Positions 57,830 to 64,000 of a stretch of 64,000 nt of DNA are shown piece by piece (position 1 is the stretch's first letter; the number at the start of each line of letters is the position of its first letter). The stretch lies in NCBI GenBank assembly GCA_021324855.1, contig JAJPIG010000011.1:130877-194876 (forward strand), written 5' to 3'. This stretch comes from Pseudomonadota bacterium. Lineage in GTDB: Bacteria > Desulfobacterota > Binatia > Binatales > Binataceae. The notes below the pieces were generated by a model. That model worked only from the letters and a program-made list of their open reading frames with translations, was not told the origin of the DNA and ran no database searches. Position numbers and translations under genes: made by a program.

Positions 57830-59125
57830 TCAGGGCTCGAGCCCGGAGGCAAGCGCCTGATCCGCTGCCGTTATCGTCCGCTCGATTTCCTCGCCGCCAT
57901 GTGCGAGCGATACAAACATCGCTTCGAACTGGGACGGGGCGAGATAGATTCCGCTCTCGATCATGCGATGAAAGAACGTGGCGAATTTCTTCGCGTCCGC
58001 GCGGCGCGCGGAATCCGCATCGACGACCGCATCCTCGCCAATAAACATCGTGAGCAGCGAGCCGACGCGATTTACGCATCCGCGGATACCGGTTTTGCGT
58101 AACGCGTCGCGCAGACCGTCGCCAAGTCGTGCCGAAGCTGCCTCAAGCGTCTCATACGCTCCGGGAGCGGCGAGAATTCTCAGCGTCTCCAGCCCCGCGC
58201 GCACCGAAAGCGGATTACCCGACAAGGTGCCGGCCTGATAGACCGGACCCTCCGGTGCCAGTAGGTCCATCAAGTCGGCGCGTCCGGCGATCGCACCAAT
58301 CGGCATCCCTCCACCGATCACCTTGCCGAACATCAACAGGTCGGGTTCGGCCTTGTAGGTCTCACACGCCGCACCGAAGCGAAGTCGAAAACCCGTGATG
58401 ACCTCATCGCAGATCAGCAGTGCGCCGTGGCGATGCACGAGATCGCTGAGCCCTTTAAGAAACCCGGGAGCCGGCTCGACGACACCCATGTTCGCGGGGA
58501 CAGACTCGACGATTACAGCCGCGATTTCGTTCGGCGCAGTCCGAAAACATCGCTCCACGTCATCCAACGTGTTATACCGCGCGACCATCGTGAGCGATGC
58601 GATCGGCTCGGGCACTCCGGCGCTGTCAGGTTGACCGAGCGTCATACCACCTGATCCCGCCCGCACCAGCATAGAATCGCTATGGCCGTGATAGCAGCCA
58701 TCGAACTTGATGACCTTCGCCCGGCCGGTGGCGGCGCGAGCGATTCTCAGCGCCGTCATCCCGGCTTCCGTCCCCGAACTGACGAGACGGACCTTCTCAG
58801 CGGCAGGTACCGCGCGCGCGATGGTTTCTGCGAGTTCGATTTCGATTTCGATCGAAGCGCCATAGCCGAAGCCATGGCGCGCCTGCTCATGGACGGCAGC
58901 GACGACTTTGGGATTAGCATGGCCAAGGATTGCGGGTCCGTATGCGCCCACATAATCGACGTATCGATTGCCGTCCTGATCGATTACGTAGGCCCCGGCC
59001 GCATCGGCGATAAAGACCGGCGCGGCATTGACTGCTTTCCAGGCACGGACGGGAGAATTGACGCCTCCCGGGATCACTTTTGCCGCCCGCTTGTGCAGCC
59101 GATCGGATTTTTCGCGAGTGTTCAT
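57830..59125 (-). CDS. hemL: glutamate-1-semialdehyde 2,1-aminomutase
   Basis: Full-length class III aminotransferase with the HemL N-terminus VIPGGVNSPVRA. Confidence 0.9.
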   Translation of the reverse strand: MNTREKSDRLHKRAAKVIPGGVNSPVRAWKAVNAAPVFIADAAGAYVIDQDGNRYVDYVGAYGPAILGHANPKVVAAVHEQARHGFGYGASIEIEIELAETIARAVPAAEKVRLVSSGTEAGMTALRIARAATGRAKVIKFDGCYHGHSDSMLVRAGSGGMTLGQPDSAGVPEPIASLTMVARYNTLDDVERCFRTAPNEIAAVIVESVPANMGVVEPAPGFLKGLSDLVHRHGALLICDEVITGFRLRFGAACETYKAEPDLLMFGKVIGGGMPIGAIAGRADLMDLLAPEGPVYQAGTLSGNPLSVRAGLETLRILAAPGAYETLEAASARLGDGLRDALRKTGIRGCVNRVGSLLTMFIGEDAVVDADSARRADAKKFATFFHRMIESGIYLAPSQFEAMFVSLAHGGEEIERTITAADQALASGLEP

Positions 59126-59149
59126 TTCGAGGCCATCGATTTCGCGGTG

Positions 59150-59817
59150 GTGTCAAAATTCGATTTGCGACGGTTTTCGAGCATTAAAAACTGTTCTCTC
59201 ACCTTCTGCAATTGTACGGCGTCGCTTGCCTCGCGATTGACATGGGTTGAACGCCCTTTGCAACGCTCCTCCGATCGGAAACCCGGTCGAACGATCTGAG
59301 TGCGATGGTAGCGAACTCTGTCCGTGTGCGCGCAGGGATTTTTTCCGCACGTTCTTGAGCGCTCCTGGAGCCATCGAGAGCATAGCTGAAAAATCTCCGC
59401 GTGCGCGGCGATCGCTTCTGAGCGATCCGCTCCGAATATTGCGTCAGAAAATCAACGCTTTTTGACCGCCGTGCGGGTTTCACTTGTACCCGCGTGCAAA
59501 AGAGTTTATCAAGATTGCTTCGTTGTTAAATTTGCGCGCGCGTGATTGGAAATTGTCGCGCGTTTTCGCTGGGGCGGCGCAGAGTGGCGATCGAAACGGG
59601 TTGGCATTCTTCTGTAATCGATCTCCTGAAAAACAAGCTCTCAGATTCCGCTCTCATCCAGAATCAAGTTGATAGGCGCTCCGCTTGATCAACGAAGATC
59701 ATGGTTGGAACAAAGAAAAATTTATTTATCCACAGATGTGCATAAAGTTGTGTGTAATTTTTCATTCGACCGAAGCGCGCGCGTGCGCGGTCGGTCGCCC
59801 GCCGCGGAGGGGGACCA
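59150..59817. other. oriC-like region upstream of dnaA: perfect DnaA box TTATCCACA (~59726-59734) plus 7/9 boxes (~59506, ~59656) and an AT-rich tract (59700-59770)
   Basis: Seen in sequence. A 690-nt non-coding stretch immediately 5' of dnaA. Confidence 0.55.
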
Positions 59818-61188
59818 ATGGACGGATTATGGGAAAAAACCTCGGGAAGGGTGCGTGACAAGCTAGGACAGGTCGGATACGAGACTTGGATCTGCCCGCT
59901 GAACTTCCTTGGCCTGAAGGGAAGAACCGCGGTCATCGAAGCGCCCAATCGGTTTTTCCGCGATTGGGTGCAGGATCGCTATTTCGACGTGCTCCGCGGA
60001 TCGCTCGCTGCAGAAGTGGGTGAGGATCTCGAGCTCAAGATCACCGTATCCGAGCATAACGGCAACGGTAATGGGAACGGTTCTGCGCCCGCGGTCGCCA
60101 CAGCGCGGCCACCGCGGAACGACCGTGCTGAAGAACGGCGCGATCGCATGACGCCCAATCATCTGAACTCGCGTTATACTTTCGCTGAATTCGTCGTCGG
60201 CTCCGGCAACCAGTTCGCTCACGCTGCGGCGCAGGCGGTCGCCACGATGCCGGGCGAGAAATACAATCCGCTCTTCATCTACGGCGGGGTTGGTCTCGGC
60301 AAGACTCACCTTGTGAGCGCGATCGGTCACCATGTTATCGCCACCGGGGGCGGCCGCCGCAAGGTGCTGTTTATGCCGGCAGAAGTTTTCATGAACGAAC
60401 TCATCAGCTCGCTCCGACGCGACAAGATGGGCGAATTCAAGGACCGTTTCCGCCGCGTGGACATGTTGATCCTTGATGATGTTCAGTTCCTGGCGGGACG
60501 CGAGCGAACTCAGGAGGAATTTTTTCACACTTTCAATTCACTTCATTCCGAGCGCCACCAGATTGTACTCACTTCGGACAAGGTTCCACGCGACATTCCG
60601 GAGCTTGAAGAGCGGCTGCGGAACCGTTTCGAATCGGGATTGATCGCTGATATTTCGCCGCCCGACCTCGAGACGCGCGTGGCGATAGTGCAGAAAAAGG
60701 CAGTCCTCGAAAACCTTGACTTGGCGCCGGACGTCACTCTGTATATCGCGCAGAACGTTTCATCGAACGTGCGTGAGCTTGAGGGATGTCTGACGCGGCT
60801 CGCGGCGCTCGCATCGATCAACAAGACCCTTATCACCGTCGACTTTGCACGCGAGGCGTTGCGCGACCTGATTCGCGACCACGATTTGAAGCCGGATATC
60901 GAAGCGATTCAGAAGGCGGTGGCGGACTTCTTCCACATCCGGCTTGCGGATCTTAAATCCAAGAAACGGACGCAACACATCGCCTTCTGCCGACAGGTCG
61001 CGATGTATTTATGCCGCAAGCTGACTGAAAGCTCATTCCCAACCATCGGTGAGTCTTTCGGCCGCGACCACTCGACGGTCATCCACGCCTACAACCTGAT
61101 TGCGCGGCGCGTTTCGAACGATTCAGCGTTTCGCAATTCGATCGATCGAATCGCCCGCGAGCTCAAGGTCATGAGCCGTGCGGCATAA
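59818..61188 (+). CDS. dnaA: chromosomal replication initiator DnaA
   Basis: Domain I, a Gly-Asn-rich linker, AAA+ ([10 protein letters not shown], Walker B DDVQF), domain IV. RBS GGAGGGGG. Confidence 0.95.
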   Translation: MDGLWEKTSGRVRDKLGQVGYETWICPLNFLGLKGRTAVIEAPNRFFRDWVQDRYFDVLRGSLAAEVGEDLELKITVSEHNGNGNGNGSAPAVATARPPRNDRAEERRDRMTPNHLNSRYTFAEFVVGSGNQFAHAAAQAVATMPGEKYNPLFIYGGVGLGKTHLVSAIGHHVIATGGGRRKVLFMPAEVFMNELISSLRRDKMGEFKDRFRRVDMLILDDVQFLAGRERTQEEFFHTFNSLHSERHQIVLTSDKVPRDIPELEERLRNRFESGLIADISPPDLETRVAIVQKKAVLENLDLAPDVTLYIAQNVSSNVRELEGCLTRLAALASINKTLITVDFAREALRDLIRDHDLKPDIEAIQKAVADFFHIRLADLKSKKRTQHIAFCRQVAMYLCRKLTESSFPTIGESFGRDHSTVIHAYNLIARRVSNDSAFRNSIDRIARELKVMSRAA

Positions 61189-61423
61189 ATTCTCGATGAA
61201 GTTAACAGCTTTGTGAACAAGATGTGGATAAATCAGAACCTATCTACAAGGGAAATTTCGAATCCGAAAGTACGGTTTCGATACGGACTCCGACCCCACA
61301 TCCGTGATGAAGGCAAATTGCTTTTATTTTCAAGTGTTTGACTGATGTCATAACATATGAACAAGACCTACTGATCTTACTGATCATCATGATCAAATTA
61401 TGATTAGTAATAGGACAGACTAA
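61189..61423. other. dnaA-dnaN spacer with DnaA box TGTGGATAA (~61223-61231) and a strongly AT-rich ~120-nt tract (61300-61420); candidate second oriC module / DNA unwinding element
   Basis: Seen in sequence. Confidence 0.5.
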
Positions 61424-62551
61424 ATGGAACTTTCGATCGATCGGACTTCATTGCTGAATGGACTTGCGCTGGTCCAGGGCATCGTCGAACGTCGCAACAC
61501 GGTTCCGATTCTCGGTCATGTAATGCTCGAAGCGGAAAACGGCAGCCTGAATCTGTCGGCGACTGATCTCGAAGTGGGGGTGCGCACGGCGCTTGCATGC
61601 CGATCGAACGGCGGCGGAACGATCACCCTTAATGCGCGAAAAATTTTCGAAATCGTGCGCGAAGCCGGCGGCGAGGAAGTCAAACTTAAGTCCCTGGAAA
61701 ATGATTGGGTCGAGCTTCGATGCGGCCGCGCGCGGTTCATGATGATGGGGCTCGATCCGCGCAGCTTCCCAGCCATGCCTCACAAGACCGAGGCGAAATC
61801 CGATAAGACCGTAAAGGCCGAGATTTCGGTCGCTCCGGGACTGCTGGCAACGATGATCGACAAGACCATCTTCGCCGTCAGCCCCGACGAAGCGCGCTAC
61901 AACCTGACGGGCGTTTACATCGAATCGCCGGCGCCGGGTTCGGCGCGGATGGTCGCAACGGACGGTCATCGGCTCGCGATGATCGATCGCGAAGTGAGCG
62001 GCTTCTCGATGCAAGGGGGGGTCATCATTCCACGCAAGGGGCTGGTCGAGCTGCGGCGTCTCCTCGATCGCACCGAAGAGGGCGACGTTCAAATCCAAAT
62101 CGACAATCAAATCGCATACATCAAGCGATCATCAACCGAGGTCTCGATGCGCCTGGTGGAGGGCGAATTTCCGGATTACAAAGGCGTCATTCCAAAGCAA
62201 AGCCGCTATCAGATCGGGGTCGAGCGCGACACGCTGACGGCAGCGATAAAGCGCGCGGCGATCTTCTCGAACGAACGATACCACGGCGTTAAGCTCGGAC
62301 TCTCAGCCGCAACGCTGACGGTTTCATCGACTAGCCCCGAGATGGGCGAGGCGAGCGAGACCATCGATGTCGATTTCAAAGGCGAAGAATTCGCGATCGG
62401 TTTTAACGCCACTTATCTGCTGCAAATGCTGGGCGTGGTCGAATCCGGCAGTGACGTGGTGCTTGGGTTGACTGACGAAGTAAGTCCGGGCGTCATCACG
62501 ACGCCGTCGGACAGCCAGTTCACGTACGTCGTGATGCCGATGCGGCTCTGA
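61424..62551 (+). CDS. dnaN: DNA polymerase III beta sliding clamp
   Basis: Three-domain clamp and the typical N-terminus MELSIDRTSLLNGLALVQGIV. Confidence 0.9.
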   Translation: MELSIDRTSLLNGLALVQGIVERRNTVPILGHVMLEAENGSLNLSATDLEVGVRTALACRSNGGGTITLNARKIFEIVREAGGEEVKLKSLENDWVELRCGRARFMMMGLDPRSFPAMPHKTEAKSDKTVKAEISVAPGLLATMIDKTIFAVSPDEARYNLTGVYIESPAPGSARMVATDGHRLAMIDREVSGFSMQGGVIIPRKGLVELRRLLDRTEEGDVQIQIDNQIAYIKRSSTEVSMRLVEGEFPDYKGVIPKQSRYQIGVERDTLTAAIKRAAIFSNERYHGVKLGLSAATLTVSSTSPEMGEASETIDVDFKGEEFAIGFNATYLLQMLGVVESGSDVVLGLTDEVSPGVITTPSDSQFTYVVMPMRL

Positions 62552-62555
62552 CAGC

Positions 62556-64000
62556 TCAGCCCGGATTTTTGGGCTTAAGTCTTACGAGCACGACTGCATC
62601 GCGAATTCCGCGTTGTCCCTGCCACGGGAATGATTCCTCGCGCGCGACGACCGAACCGTCGAGCTTGAGCTTCTGAAGGTCGCGTTCCCTGACCATCACC
62701 CACCGTACCCGGCCTTTGTCAATTGCATGATGCAACGTGTCGGGATCGAGGAATAGCGGATGGGTCATGAATGGCTCTATATAGAAGAAGCTTTCGAGAT
62801 TGTTGTAGTAGGCGAGCGAATTTAGCTGCGGTCCGACGGCCTTCATCACTACGGCAGCGAATGGCCTCTCACCGCGGTACGCCTCCGCCGCCGGCATCGC
62901 AAAAATATAGAGGTAAACCATCGAAAGATAGGCGATAATCCCGACCGAAACGCCGATTCGCATCGGCGTCATTTTCTTGAGGGCGTAAATCGCGCCGATG
63001 ACCGAAGCGACCCAAGCGAGCGCGTAAATCGCAGGCTCAGGCAGCATCGGCAATTGATCGAGCGGCCGCGGCATTATCCACGAAGGCGGAAAAAGCGCGA
63101 CAAATCCAAGCATTGTCGCGATGGAGAGAATCCAATAGCCGACCTTCGTCAGCCACGATGCAACGCTATCGAGCGATTCGGCGGACTGGGTCACAAAACG
63201 CGCGACGATCATCGCAGCAGCGGGCAGAATCGGCACCAAGTAATAGCTGCGCCGCGAGCCGGACAACGTAAAAAAAACGAAAGTGGTCCAAAAATAGACC
63301 ATCGCGAAGCGATCGCCCTCCGCTTCCTTCGCCGTGTTGGCGGGCACGCGATGGATCTGCGCCAGCGCGCCGGGGAGAAGCACCGACCACGGCGCCATCA
63401 GCAGGAAGATGACGTAGACGTACAGGTAGATAGGCCCGCGATGGTCGAAAGGCTCGAAGTATCGAAGGACATTCTCTCGATAGACCAGGTAAAGCCCGCG
63501 ATCTGAATGCATCAAGCGGTTCGAGATCACGAATGGAGTAGCGTAAAACGCGATTCCGATTAGCGCAGCCGGGATCGTCGTCCAGTTGAACAACCAGCGG
63601 TTGCGCTCGACCAGCCATTTGAAACGTCGTGCGACACTGCCGTGCAATAGACCGCCACACAGATCGCTCGCCCCGTACCGACAGCAGCAATAGACGCCGA
63701 TTACCATGATCGGCAGGACGAAGCCGAGCAATCCCTTCATGTGTGACGTCAGCGCCATCACCAGCCACAACGCGAGGAGCCACCATCCGCCGCCCCGTTC
63801 CTCGTTGTGCAAGAAAAGGGCGAGTGCGATCAGTTCGCCAGTGACAGTTTCGACATCAGCGGACGCGTGACGCGAGAAAAAAACAAAACTGTAGCTAGTC
63901 GCGAGGATGAAGCCGCTCCATGCGGCATTACGCCAGTCGTAAAGCCGACTCACGATGAGCATCAGGGTGGCGACGCCGATCAAACCTGCAATCGCGCATG
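62556..64000 (-). CDS. polytopic membrane glycosyltransferase (ArnT/PMT-like, GT39/83); N-terminus probably beyond the window end
   Basis: Many TM helices, and a C-terminal soluble domain. The track Met at 63983 may be internal. Confidence 0.45.
   Translation of the reverse strand, partial: CAIAGLIGVATLMLIVSRLYDWRNAAWSGFILATSYSFVFFSRHASADVETVTGELIALALFLHNEERGGGWWLLALWLVMALTSHMKGLLGFVLPIMVIGVYCCCRYGASDLCGGLLHGSVARRFKWLVERNRWLFNWTTIPAALIGIAFYATPFVISNRLMHSDRGLYLVYRENVLRYFEPFDHRGPIYLYVYVIFLLMAPWSVLLPGALAQIHRVPANTAKEAEGDRFAMVYFWTTFVFFTLSGSRRSYYLVPILPAAAMIVARFVTQSAESLDSVASWLTKVGYWILSIATMLGFVALFPPSWIMPRPLDQLPMLPEPAIYALAWVASVIGAIYALKKMTPMRIGVSVGIIAYLSMVYLYIFAMPAAEAYRGERPFAAVVMKAVGPQLNSLAYYNNLESFFYIEPFMTHPLFLDPDTLHHAIDKGRVRWVMVRERDLQKLKLDGSVVAREESFPWQGQRGIRDAVVLVRLKPKNPG

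Overview
This is a 64-kb, high-GC (~63-65%) bacterial chromosomal window with both core and accessory content. Core content: the replication-origin neighbourhood (rpmH-rnpA-yidD-yidC-jag, an LLM oxidoreductase, mnmE-mnmG-rsmG-parA-parB with two parS-like palindromes) and, ~19 kb away, hemL, an oriC-like region with DnaA boxes, and dnaA-dnaN. Also gltA, fumC, queE, mutS2, an acyl-CoA carboxyltransferase, an atpZ-atpI-atpB-atpE F0 sub-operon, an AsmA-family protein, UDG family 4, and a hydratase/thiolase/DUF35/PHP operon. Accessory content: (1) a ~3.6-kb array (10.9-14.5 kb) of polymorphic-toxin-like C-terminal modules, each followed by a small putative immunity gene. Three copies share a near-identical ~115-nt nucleotide block. 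The array is preceded by a YD-repeat fragment and ends in a truncated fourth copy. This is the most likely undescribed system here. (2) A decayed Dcm-type cytosine-5 methyltransferase remnant with a T9 homopolymer. (3) A Tad-like minor-pilin gene cluster (TadE plus two large TadG-like paralogs) with no secretion machinery in view. (4) Several gene remnants (SIMPL/DUF541 N-terminal fragment, DUF3291-like fragment between mnmE and mnmG). (5) Two paralogous MetE-C-terminal-like Zn-enzyme candidates. No rRNA, tRNA or CRISPR array was recognised by eye. CDS coordinates follow the supplied ORF track, which uses alternative start codons, so many 5' ends are uncertain. Coordinates located by hand (parS, DnaA boxes, hairpins, rpmH) are accurate to about +/-2 nt.
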